A stretch of 64,000 nucleotides of DNA from Mantamonas sphyraenae STR306 (taxonomy: Eukaryota > Protista > CRuMs). The notes under the pieces are model-generated. The model made no database searches. It was not told where the DNA came from and worked only from the letters and a program-made list of their open reading frames with translations. Location: NCBI GenBank assembly GCA_026936335.1, contig JAPMXV010000042.1:372001-436000 (forward strand). Reading direction: 5' to 3'. The translations under genes were made by a program, and so were the position numbers. Positions 1-12,700 of the stretch are shown here, in pieces (positions within the stretch are counted from its first letter, which is position 1; each line of letters opens with the position of its first letter).

Positions 1-3000
1 GAGATCTACAAGTACGAGAAGGAGGTGCGCAACATTGTGCGCCGCGCTGAAAACGAGCTGCGCATCGAGGAGGCGCTGGACAGCATCGAGGCGACGTGGG
101 ATCACATCCTGTTGGAGTTTGAGGAGCAGGAGCCCCTGAACGAGCAGAGCGAGCCGATGCTGATTGCGGTGAAGCTGGAGAGTACGTTTGAGATGCTCGA
201 GTCACACCAAGTGACACTGCAGTCGCTGCAACACGGCAAGTTTAGCATGCACTTTGCAGACGAGGTGCACAAGTGGCAGAAGCGCCTGGCACAGGTGGAG
301 GTCACGCTGACGTTGCTTGTGAGCGTCCAGAAAACCTGGATGAATCTGGTGGGGATCTTCAGCCAGCTGGAGGAGGTTGCAAGCGCTCTTCCGGAGGACA
401 CACAGCAGTTTGCAAAGTCGGACGCCGAGTTGCACCAGCTGCTCCACGACATGTCCCTGAACCGCAATGTGGCGGCGGCGTGTTCGCGTCCGGGACTGGA
501 CGAGACGCTCAGGCGGTTGCAGCAGCAGCTGGAAAAGTGCAAGTCGAGCATGCTGGAGTTCCTGGAGAAAAAGCGAAGCATGTTCCCGCGCTTCTACTTC
601 ATCTCGGCTCAGGATCTGCTGACGGTGCTGTCTCGCGGTCACCAGCCGCAGCTGGTGAGCAAGATGATCAGCATGTTGTTTCCGCACGTGGCGAGGCTTC
701 ACTTCCAGGCAGATTCCGGGTACGCGAAGAAGCGTGCCATTGGCCTGTACGGACGCGATGGCGAGTACATGGAGTTCCACAAACCATTCGACTGCAGCGG
801 GCCCAGCGAGCGTTGGCTGGCCAATCTGGTGACACACATCCGCAGCGCCCTGCAACTGGCCTTGACGGATGCCATGCTGACGAGCGAGGACCCTGGCTAC
901 GGTTGGGTGACCGAGTACTGCTCGCAGGTGGTGCACCTGACGACCAACATCTGGTTCAGCGCCGACGTAAACGTCGAGTTTGACAAGCTGGAAGAGGGCC
1001 AGGTGAGCTCGCTGCGAGCGCTGTGGAACAAGCAGATGGACAAAATGGACGAGTTGACGGAGTATGCGCACCGTTCGCACCACTCTGAAAGCATGAACGA
1101 GGTCCAGCGCAACAAGGTGAGCGCGCTGATTGTGCAGGAGCTGCATCACCGCGACATCCTGCAGCAGTTGATGGAGGCACGCGAAGAATCTGCAGAGTGC
1201 TTCAACTGGCAGCAACACATCCGGTACATGTGGGAAGAGAACGAGGAGCGGTGCACCATGTTCCTGGCGGAGACAGAGGTGGTGTACGGCTTTGAGTTTA
1301 CGGGCAGCTCGGGCGCCATGATCCCGACGAGCCTGAGTACGCGCAGCTATCTGAGCATGTGCCACTCGATGCAGCTGCACCGTGGAGGCATCCTGACAGG
1401 CCCTGCCGGAGTGGGCAAGACTGAAACGGCGTGGAACCTGTCGCGTGCAGCTGGCAGGCCCATGTTTCTGTTCAACTGCACAGCACAGGTGGACAGCACG
1501 ACGCTTTTCAACCTGTACAAGGGCATGGCCATCAGCGGATGCTGGTCGCTGGTGATGGGCATTGCTGCGCTGGAGCCCGGCGTGCTGTCTGTGACGGCTA
1601 CTCACCTTCAGCGCTTCATGGAAGCCATCCGAGCCAAGAGCAAGGTGGTGGTGGTGGCCGGCGAAAAGATCAAATTGCAGCAGGCGCGCTTGGGTGTGTT
1701 TTTCACGCGCAACACAGACAGCGTGACCAAGACGCACATGCCGGAAAGCATGCGCTCGTTGCTGCGGCCCGTGGCCATGGTGAAGCCGGATACGCACACC
1801 ATCATGCGTATGCTGCTGCACTCACATGGGTTTGAGAATGCCGACGTGCTGGCGGACAGGATGGTCGCGCTGCAAAAGCTGCTGGCGGACAACCTGTCCC
1901 AACAGCAGCACTACAACTGGGGCTTGCGTGTGATGAAGACGGCCGTCGTGCGTGCGGGCACCACGCGACGCGTAAAACAGGACGTGAACGAGGACAGGCT
2001 GCTGCGCGACACGCTGTACACTTTCCTGTCGCCGCAGTTGCTTGAGTCTGACGAGCAGTTGCTGCAGAGCATGCTGAAGGACGTGTTCCCCAAGGCCGGC
2101 CGCTTGAAGCTGGATCTGGACGAGCAGGTGGAGGCCATCGTGGTGGCCAGCGCGAGGAAGCTGGGTTACCAGGCGAGCGAGTCGTTTGTGAGCAAGGTGA
2201 TGGAGCTGAAGCACCTGATGGAGCACAACACGAGCGTGATGCTTGTGGGACCGTCGGGAAGTGGCAAGACGGCAGTGTGGCGCACTCTCGTGGAGGTGCA
2301 ATCAGAGATCGGCCTGCGCGTGCACGTACAGCACTTTTCGCCGCGCGCCATGCCGGCTGAGAACTTTTTCGGCATGGTGGCCACAGAGAGTAGCGACTGG
2401 AACGACGGACTGTTTCCGTTCTACATGCGAGAGGCAAGCAGTACCGCGACGCTGAACCCGTACTGGTTTGTGTGCGACGACGAGATGGATCCAACTTGGA
2501 CGGAACCGATGCACAGTGCCATGGACGGCATGAAGACGCTGATTTTGCCGTGGGGCGAGCGCATCGCCATGACCCCGCGCATGCGTCTGCTCTTTGAGTG
2601 CACGGACCTGTCCAAGGCCGCGCCGGCAAGCGTGGAGCGCGCCGCGGTTCTGCACATGACCCCGGAGGATGTGGGCCACGAGTCGCTTCTGGTGAGCTGG
2701 CTGGAGGCGCAGAATCTGAGCGAAGAGGAGGAAAACCTGCTGAGCGAGTTGATCGAAAAGTACATGGACCCGACGCTGACCGAGGTGGAGAAGATGAACA
2801 ACGCAGTGCGTTGTTCGACGGTGGCGCGCATCGAGAGCTTCTGTGCAATGATGACGGGCCTGTTGAAGGAGTACAAGCCGAAGGTTGGGGATACGCACGC
2901 ATACGAGTGCCTGGTGTCGCTGGCCGTGATCTGGGGTCTGGCTGGCAGCGTAAACCAGACGGCACAGAGGAACCACAGGGCACAATTCAACCAGTGGTGG

Positions 3001-6000
3001 CGCAGCACGTTTGAGGAGGAGGCCAAGGCGGTGTTTCCGGCTCAAGGCCAGGTGTACGACTACACGTACAGCAAGGCAGAGGGAGGCATGGTCCCGTGGG
3101 CCGAGGGTGGCACATTTACGTTTCTGGGCGACGACAACAGCGTGCATCCGACGCTGCTGTCGACGCGCGAGTGTGCACGCATGCGCGTCATTTCGCGCTG
3201 GCTGAGCCACACAGACCGCGCGTTGATGCTGGTTGGCGCTTCGGGATCGGGCAAAACGTCGATCCTGCGCGACCTTGTGGAACAAGTGGCCGACGAAGAG
3301 TCGACCAAGACGGTGACGTTCAACCGCTCGACGAGTTCGACGGATGTTCAGAGCGCCCTCGATTCGATCCTGGAGAAGAAAACAGGTCGCATCTACGGAC
3401 CGCCAGGCACACGCAAGCTGGCAATGGCCCTGGACAACTTTCACCAACCCAGCCCCGATGCGTACGGCGCAAACAGCGTGTGGTCGTTCATCCGTCAGCA
3501 CCTGGACGCAAAGCAAGTGTACGACCCCACACGCTTCACGACAAAGGACATCATCAACGTGCGCTACATCGCGTGCATGGACTTGGAAAACAGCAGCCAC
3601 GATATCCCCGCACGCGTGATGCGCCACTTTACGGTGCTGTATGTGCCTGTGCCAGACACGGACGCACTGCGCCAAATCTTTGCCTCGGTGATGGCCAACC
3701 AGATGAACCACTTTTCGGCAACCGTGAAGGAATACGTCGACACGGTTGTTGCGGCGACGGTGGAGGTGCAGCAGAACATGTCTGCGTCGTTTGCGCCAAC
3801 GATGGAAAAGTTCCACTATGTGTTCAACATGCGACACATCGCGGCTGTGGTGCACGGCATGTCGCTTGCAGACCCGGACAGCATACGCTCGCCACGTGCG
3901 CTGCTGCGCATGTGGCTGCACGAGTGCCACCGCGTGTTTGGCGACCGCGTGAGCAGCCGCGCAGACAAGCTGCACTTTGACGGCATGCTGAAAGAGGTGA
4001 CCACCAAGTACTTTGAGGATCTGGACCAAGCAGCGCTGCACCGCGAGCCGCTGTTGATGTCTCCCTTGTTTGCGGAAGAGGACGAAAAGGGCGGATCGCG
4101 ACTCGTGCGCGAGGTGCCCAGCTTTGAGAAGCTGAAGAACAAGGTGGCCAAAGCGCTGGAAAGCCACAACCAGAAGCAGCCGATGATTGACATCACGCTG
4201 CACGAACAGGCCATTGAACACGTGTGTCGCGTCGTGCGTGTGCTGAACATGCGCGGAGGCCACATGCTGCTTGTGGGCAACGATTCGTTCGACATGCAGT
4301 CGTACGCACGGCTGGCGGCGCACCTGAGTGCGTACGAGGTGCGACAGCTGCAAGTGCATGCAGGCTACGGCTTTGCGCAGTTCCGCAACGACATGCTGAA
4401 GATGATGCGAGCCGCAGGCGAGGAGAGCAAAAAGATCATGTTCCTGGTGTCCGACTACCAAGTGACGGAGGATCGCTTCATGGAGAACATCAGTGACCTT
4501 GTGTGCAGCGGCTTCATCCCGGGCCTGCTGTCCCAGGAGGAGGAGGAGAACATTGTGGCCAGCATGCGGCAGGAGGTGAAGGAGTTGGGCCAGCTGGACA
4601 CTCGCGAAAACTGCTGGAATCTGTTTGTGCACAAGGTGCGAAGGAACATTTCGGTGATCATGACCATGAGCCCTGAAGAGAACGAATTCCGCCGCTGGTT
4701 TGCCATGTTCCCGTCGGTGTTTGCCAAGATGACGAGCGATTGGTACCCACGCTGGAACCACGAGTCGCTGGTGCGCATCAGCAAGGAGCTGCTGGAGAGC
4801 GCCAACCTGGGTTCAGAGGAGTTCACCGAGAACGTCATTCACCACTTTGCGCACTCGCACCGCTGTGCCGGCGACCTGGACCATGAGTACAACAAGAGGC
4901 GCGAGCTGACCAAGCACTCGTCCATCCAGCTGTTGTACAAGCATCTGTCCGTGTTCAAGTCGCTGCTCGCCGAGAAGCGCGGCGACATGGAGCGCAAGCG
5001 ACAGATGATCAAGGATGCGGTGGAGCAACTGCAGGCAGCAAACCAGGAGGTGCAGGAGCTGGAAACCGCGTACCAGCACCAGATGGACCTGGTGAAGGAA
5101 AAGACGGTGGGTGCACAACAGCTTCGCCTGCAACTCGGCCACGACACGTCGATTGCAGACGCACAGGCAACTTGCACCGTCAGGAAAAGTCGAGGTACGA
5201 GACTCTGAAGAACGAGGTGTCCGACCTGCGCGCCATTGTGGACAAGGAGCTGGAGCGTGCGGCGCCGTACATCAAGGGCATTGAGGAGGCGTTGAACCAC
5301 CTGGACAAGACGTCGCTCTTGGATCTGAAGGCGCTACCCAAGGCATCGCAGGAGGTGGCCGACACGATGGCATGTGTGGTGGTGCTGCTTGGACTGGCCA
5401 AGCCGAGCAGCGATCTGGGGTGGAACATGACCAAGAAGCACCTCGGGGTGTCTGAGAAGATCCTGTCGAACCTGCAGTCGTTCGAGGTGTCGCAGGTGAC
5501 GGAGGAGACGGCAGCGTTTGCCTCGATGTACATCGGCGAAACCGAGTTCACGGGTGCATACATCCGACAGAACAGCCAAACCAAGAGCGCGGCGGCGGGC
5601 TTCCTGTGCGACTGGGTGCGAAACATGATCATGTACTACGAGATCTACGACGACGTGCGCCCGCACATGGAGAAGCTGGAGAGCAGCAAGCGGGCCATGC
5701 AGCAGGTGGAGGAGAGCATCTCGAACATGGAAGGGAAGGTCGCACACCTGGACACGCGCCGGGGAGAGCTCAGCTCGCAGTTTGAGCAAGCGACGTCGGA
5801 GAAGAATACGCTGGAGAAACAGGCGGACATGACGATGAAGAAGCTGCGCGTAGCAGAGCGGGTGCTGAACGTGTTTGCGCCGAAGCAAAAGGCATGGGAG
5901 GAGGAGGTGCAGGAGCTGGAAGCGCAGGAACACACTCTGATTGGGGACGTGCTCTTGAGCTCTGCGTTCTTGTGCTACAGCGGCGCATACCCGCAGGATC

Positions 6001-8108
6001 TGCGCACACGGCTGATGAGCAGCTGGGTGTCGGATCTGATTCATCGCGGCATCCCTCTGACGCGTGGGTTCGACCCGCTGCAGATGCTGACGACGCAGGT
6101 GCAACTGTCAGAGTGGCGCATGCAGGTGATTGGCACGGACCGCTCGCTGACGGAGAATGCGACCATTGCGGTTGGCAACAAGGGCCACATTTTGGTGGTG
6201 GACCCGCACCTGGTGGCGAACCATTGGATCAAGCAACAGGAGGAGGGCAACGGCCTGGTAACGGTGTCCTACGGCGACCCGTACTACCTGGGCGCGCTGC
6301 GAGACTGCATCCAGAACGGATACCCTCTGCTTGTGGAGAACGTGGCGGACGTGCCGGATCCATATCTTGAGACCATCCTGATGGGCAAGTGGTTCCGAAA
6401 GGTGCGCTCGAGGTACTACAACATCGGAGACCGTGAGGTGGAGGTGGATCCGGGCTTCCGGCTGTACATGCACTGCCGCAGCCCCGAGGCGAATCTGTCG
6501 CCGCTGTACTGGTCGCAGGCCACAGTGATCCTGTTTAGCGTGACCGAGAACGGCTTGGAGCAGCAGCTGATGGAACAAGTGCTGAAGAGGTACCACCCGG
6601 ACATTGCGCACGAAAAGGACCGTTTGCAGCAGAACGTGTTGACCTCGCAGTCGCGCAGGCTGGACGTGGAAGTACAACTGATCCAGGAGTTTGGCGAGCT
6701 GCAAAAGTTTTGGAAGAGCGGTGCGTCTCCGGATGGCAGCGGCGACCGGTCGGCGGTTGGGATGGAGAGTGTGCTGGGCGGCGAGGACGACAACGAGGGC
6801 TCTTCGAGCAGCAGCGGCGGCGCAGCCAGCAGCAGCAGTAGCAGTAGCAGCAGCAGCAGTAGCAGCAGCGGAGCCGGTGGAAGCAACGGCGGAGGCGGCC
6901 ACGATGAAAGCGGTGGCGAGGGCCACGATGGTCAGAGTGGAGTGGGCACGAGCATGCTGGACGCGTCTCACCACTCGTTGTCTCTGATGGAGCAGGAAAA
7001 GTCGCACGAGGAGGTGCTGGTGCAGCTGAACAAGGTGGAGGCGTTGGCTCGCGAACAGATGCAAGAATCTGTGGGCAAAGGAGCGAGCGAGCAGGTTGCA
7101 CAAAAGGTGGAGCTGTACACGCCTCTGGCACGCAGGTCTGCGCTGTTGTTCTTTTTGATGAAGGACTTGCACAGGCTGAACCCACTGGCGCAGTTTTCGC
7201 TGCTGGAGTTCCAGTCCATCTTCCACGGTGTGCTTGCGCAGGGTGAGAACAGCGAGGAGCAGGGCGAACAGCTCGTGGCGATGCTGGAGGAGGCCGTGAC
7301 GTTTGCAGTGTACTGCCACGTCATCCAGGGCACGTTTGACGAGGCCAAGGTGGTGGTTGCAACGATGCTGTGCTTCCGTCTGATGCTTCAGAAGGGCCAA
7401 GTGGACAAGGCCCAGCTGCAGTTTCTGGTGGGCAGCGAGCAGGTGTACGACCTGATGAACCCGTTTGCGGACTGGATTGCAGACAGCAACTGGTACTCGC
7501 TGCAGGCACTGGCAGAACTGCCGCAGTTTGACAAGCTGCTGGAGGACATGGAGTCGAGCAGCAAGCGCTGGCGCGAGTGGAGCGAGTTGGAGGAACCGGA
7601 GTTGGAGATCCTTCCGGGCAGCTGGGCGGACATCAACACGTTCCAGCGACTGCTGATCATCAAGTGCCTGCGTCCAGACCGTGTGACGGAGGCTGTGGGG
7701 CGCATGATCATCGAGGAACTTGGTTCCAAGTACATGGAGTCGCTGTCGTTTGAGCTTGGCCGTCCGGATCCACGCGTGCCGACGCTTTTCCTTGTGCGCG
7801 AAGGCGTAGACGCAAGGCAGCTGCTGGCAAAGCATGAAATCACGCAGGAGAACTTCAAGGTGATTGGCATGGCAGAGCCTGTGTACGAGCACACGCTGCG
7901 CACAATCGAAAAGATGGCCATGGAGGGAGGCACGCTGATGCTGGAGAACCTGCACCTGTGCAGCGATGAGTTCCTGGCCCACTTGGACAGCAAGCTGGAA
8001 GCAGTGTATGTCAACATGGAGGCCACAATGAGCGGAAGCGGAAAAGGACGTGGCCGCGGTGGGGCAGCTGGAAGCAGTGGTAGCGAGGGAGAGAAGGGCA
8101 AAGACGAG

Positions 8109-8141
<33 letters not shown>

Positions 8142-9754
8142 GTGGGGAACCCATGTCTGCTGCGGCACGTCGCGAGGCTTACTTGTCGACGGGCGGTCGC
8201 CAGGACTCGTCACTGGTGCTCACGTCCAAACCGCTGAGCAAGGAGTTTCATCTGCTGCTTACGTCCGAGGTGACAGACCGCATCCCGCTGCGCATCCTGC
8301 ACCGCAGCAGCAAGATCACAGGCGAGCCACCGCAGGGTTTGCTGGAGCGACTCAAGTACACGTTCCGAACGGTGGGCGCCAAGGTGTGGGAGTCGAACAC
8401 CGACACGCCGCTGGAGTTCAAGTCGATTCTGTTTGCACTGTGCTTCTTCCACTGCGTGGTGTCGGAGCGCGCTCGGTTTGGCCCTCTCGGGTGGAGCAAG
8501 CCGTACCGCTGGAGCAACACCGACCTGATGGACGCCGTGGCAATCCTGCAGAAGAGCATGGACTTGACGTCGTACCGCATTCCGTGGGAAGAGCTGCAGT
8601 TTCTGTTTTCAGAGTATGTGTATGGTGGACAGATGGAGTACGAATGGGATCAGCGCGTGTGCGTGACATACCTGCGCCGATTCTTCCGCGAGGAACTGTT
8701 CAACGGCATGGAGCTGTTCCCCGGCTTCCCAGCGCCGCCGAACCTGACGTTTGAAGAGTACGCCGAGTATGTGGAGGACCACCTGGATTTCGAGGCGGAT
8801 TCGCTTGCGCTGGGCCTGACGAGCAGCTCGGAGATGCACTACCGTGCCAAGGAGGCAAGTGTGCTGTTTGAGCAAATCAAGACCCTGCAGCCGGAGCTGC
8901 GCTGGGAGGACAACGGGCCGTCGCGCAGCGAAAAGGTGAAGCTGATTCTGGACGAAATCCTGGAGAAGCTGCCGTTTTCGTTCCGCCTTGAGAAGCTGAA
9001 GAGCAGGGTGGGTGCGGGCAACCCTGTGGCCAACGTGCTGATCAGCGAGTGTGCGCAGATGAACGAGCTGCTGGAAACCATCGAAAGCAGCCTGAAGGAG
9101 TTGGACCTGAGCCTGAAGGGAGACATTGTAAGCACCAAAGCGCGAGAGGAGATGAGTATGTCTCTGTTTGTGGACGAGGTACCTGCGGCGTGGTTGCGCA
9201 AGAGCTACAAGACGAAGCGTCAGCTGGGCAGCTGGATCGCAAACCTTCTGCAGCGGTACCGCCAGCTGGCCAGCTGGGCAGACACGCTGAGCCTTCCTGC
9301 AAGCGTGTGGGTGGGCGGCTTGTTCAACCCGCAGTCACTGTTCAACGCGCTCAAGGTGACGGCAGCGCGCAGGAACGGATGGGACGTCAGTCAGGTGCGC
9401 ATGAGCTTCGAGGTGACCAAGATGACGCCTGCAGACGTGGAGATGGCGCCTCAGGTGGGCTGCTACTTCCATGGGTTGTTCTTGGAGGGTGCACGATGGG
9501 ATACGACGTCCAACGTGTTGATTGAGGCGCAGGTGCGCGATTGGCACGCGCCGCTGCCTGTGATCCATGCACGCCCCACTGTGACGCCCCTCAAGGACAA
9601 CGAAATGTTCTTTGAGTGTCCTGTGTTTGCTACGGTGGACCGCGCCGACACGTATGCGTTTAGTGTGCCCATTCCATGCAAAGGGGAAGACGAACTGCTC
9701 AAGTGGATCACGCGCAGCGCAGGCATGATCATGGATGTGAGCAGGAGTTGGTGA
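1..9754 (+). CDS. Dynein heavy chain, axonemal-like, divergent (5' partial; split by 2 single-base frameshifts)
   Basis: ORFs 25-5208, 5172-8237 and 8153-9754 join into linker, AAA1 (GPAGVGKT, RPVAMVKPD, HYNWGLR), AAA2 (GPSGSGKT), AAA3 (GASGSGKT, LEKKTGRIYGPPG), AAA4, stalk/MTBD, AAA5, AAA6 and C-domain (WVGGLFNPQS, GLFLEGARWD). One missing base at about 5170 (GCA A[A]C TTG) and one at about 8110 (GAG GG[N] AGC) restore the frame. No intron signals at either junction. Confidence 0.95.
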
Positions 9755-9798
9755 GGGCGTGTGTTTTGGAATGGAATCGCATGTCGTTGATTGTGTTG

Positions 9799-12700
9799 CT
9801 ACTGGGGGTTTGTGTTTGTTGTGTTATCGGCGAGGTCGAGAAAGAGGTCTTCCAGGCGAGCGTGTCCGTGCTCGCGGGCAATGTCCAGCACGCTTGCGTT
9901 TGTGCCCAGGACACGTTTGTGTGGGTCGGCGCCGCTGTTGAGGAGAAGACGCACAATGTCCATGGCCCCCTTGCTGACGGCAATGTGCAGGGCGTTTTGG
10001 CCTTCTGCGTTGACAAGATCCAGGCGTGGGTGGCCGTCGAGAAGTGCCTTGACAGTGTCATAATCCCCCCACTGGGCCGCAATGTGGATAGCTGTGCGTC
10101 CCCAGGTGTTTTGGATGTCGAGGTCGCCGTTTGCGTCGACGACTGCGCGAATGATGCGCGGATGTGATTTCCACGCGGCAATGGTCAGAGCCGTGCGACC
10201 GTGACTCGTGGTGGCGTTGACGTTGGCACCCATCTCAATGAGCATCTCCACAACGTGTGCGCCTCCGTGCATGGCGGCGTGGTGCATCAGCGTGGATTCG
10301 TTGTCCGTCATGTCCTGCCAGTCCACGGGCACGTCAAACTGCTCCATGAGCCAGCGTAGCACATGGGCGCGGTCATGCTCTGCAGCTGCCACCAGCAGGT
10401 CGTGTGAAAACGTGGCACCCAAGGAGACAAGCAGCTGGACGGCGTCGATGTGGCCCGCGCACACGGCAAGATGCAACGGCGTGTTGCGACGTCCCGTAGA
10501 GTCTTCGCAGGCGTCCACATCCACATCGCGGCCGTGCTCTATCACAAACTCGATCAGATCACAGTTGCCCGAGCGAGCGGCGGCATGGATCGCCTGGTCG
10601 GGGAGTACGAGACCGACATCGTGGACCAAGAAGCGCACAACCTCCAAATGCCCTCTCTTGCACTGAGACAGCAGTATGCCGTCCTCTTCCAGCTCCTCCT
10701 TTCCGTCACCGGTCAGCCGAGCCAGGAGGGCGCGCAAAACACACACGTAGCCGCAGCCGCGCATCACACTCAAGTTGACCATTGGTGCGGCAGAAACGCC
10801 GTAGAAAGCTTTGATGTAGGCCAACAGCCGTTGTGCCTCCTCTTCGGTGTCCATAATGAGGTAGTGCCAGCCACCGGTGGCTGATTCAAGGGCAGCAAGG
10901 GCAAAGCCGGGCAAGGCCTCGGATGCATCATCGGCGGGAAGGTGCTTCTCCTGAGTGAGCACACCCTGAGCATCCTCATGGTAGACGAGTACGGTGCAGC
11001 GCAGGGTGTTTGCAATCTGCTTGGCGGTGTGGCGTCCTGCGCGTTCGACCATGCGAGCTGGCAGACCCGCTCCCGTCATGACAGCTTCGCCCAGCGTGTC
11101 AAAGATGCGACTGCTGATGCGCAGGCCTTGCATGCCCTCCTCCAATTGTGTGTGTCGCACGCGTGTGGGCCACAAGGGCCCGGCCCAACCGTGGGCCAGC
11201 TTCGACAACGCTTCATCGTCGCCCACAGCGGAAAACAGACGCTGTGCGATGCTTCGTTGCTCTTCAGCGCCAACCATGTCGCCACGTCGCTCAAACACAC
11301 CCATCATTCCTGCGTGGCATGCGGCCTGTTCGTTCGCCGCGGCGCCAATGCGTTGCAGCTTGGCCAGAGCATCCTCAAACTCAGCCACGCTGTCTCTCAA
11401 GTCACCCTGGCGCATCAACACGCGTGCCCATGCCATTTCGACCTCGTGGCTGACTTCTCCGCTTGCTGCAAAGCGTTCCTTGGCCAACTCGCACACACGA
11501 TCGGCCTGTCCGCCCTTGCCACGCTCCGCCTCGCCCGCAAGCACCATGCCCATGGCCACATCTACGTTGCTCATGTGCTTCACACGCGAGCGAAGTGCCC
11601 CAATGTCCGCGTCGACGACCACAAAGCTGTCCGGCGCACGTCGCAGTTGCGTCAGGCTTGACCAATCCAGATGGATCGCACGCATCTGCTGCAGACGCGC
11701 AATTACTTCCCCCACACGCACATGCGACCACAACGGCCACTCGGCGGCCACCTCGTTCTCAGCCAGAGCATGTCGACCAAACTTGACCACCAACCGTCGC
11801 TTGAGCTCGTTCTGCGTCGTCCCACGCGCCTTGAGCATGTTGTTGAGCATTCGAACAACCACAGCTCGCAGTGGCTCCTCTTTCGGGGTCTGAGACTCCT
11901 GCATGGCTTCGCGCAATTCGCTGCGCACCCAGTTCTTGGCCACACGCGCAACCATCTCCTCAAGCAGCAGTTGGCGAGCAGACTCGTTCTTGACACAAGC
12001 ACGCACACGTCCCAGTTGCCTCATGTTGATGCCGTTCTTGTGCAGGGCGCGCGTCAGCTCCTGACCTCCAAGCATGACTCCCTTGTCAGCCTCTTGATCC
12101 AGCCATTGCGAAAATCGTGGCACAACCTCATGCAAGAGGCTCTTTGTAGCCAACATGACGTCTGCGTCCGGTGTTCGATCGTCTTGAAACCGACTGAACG
12201 CGTCGCTGGACAACGGCGTGTCGAACGACCGCACAAACTCGGGTCGCAGCATCTGATGCCAAAGCCAGCTGTCGGGCGAATGTTTTTCCCTCGCCTGCGG
12301 CGGCATCAGCCGTGCAAAGTCAAGCAGATAGAAGCGGCCGTCCGTTCCGCGATGTCCTTCGATGTCAGCTGGTCCCACAACCTCCACGCCACTGCTCGTG
12401 TGTCGGGCCAGGTTCAACCGGTTGCCCAGCTCGCCCATCATCGCGTTGAACTCCTCGTCGTCTGCGTGTTCCACGTGATCCTCCTTGCCGGCTTCGTCTG
12501 TGCCGTAAATGAGCGACCCCTCCTCCAGGGGCAGCACACTCACCGCCACAAGCCGGTAGCCTTTGTAGTCGACCAGTGCCATCAGCGGCACGTGGATTCC
12601 CTCGACACCCGCCCCATGCACACTCACCAGGCTCTTCAGTTCGTGGCCTGCAGCTTTCATCGCGTTCTCGTCGCCCATGTACATGCCGCTGTCGTCAACG

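Noticed and set aside
5165-8160. Euplotes-type or -1 programmed frameshifting as the explanation for the split dynein
   Set aside because: No AAA-stop motif, slippery heptamer or consistent direction across the window's frameshifts. Assembly error is more parsimonious.
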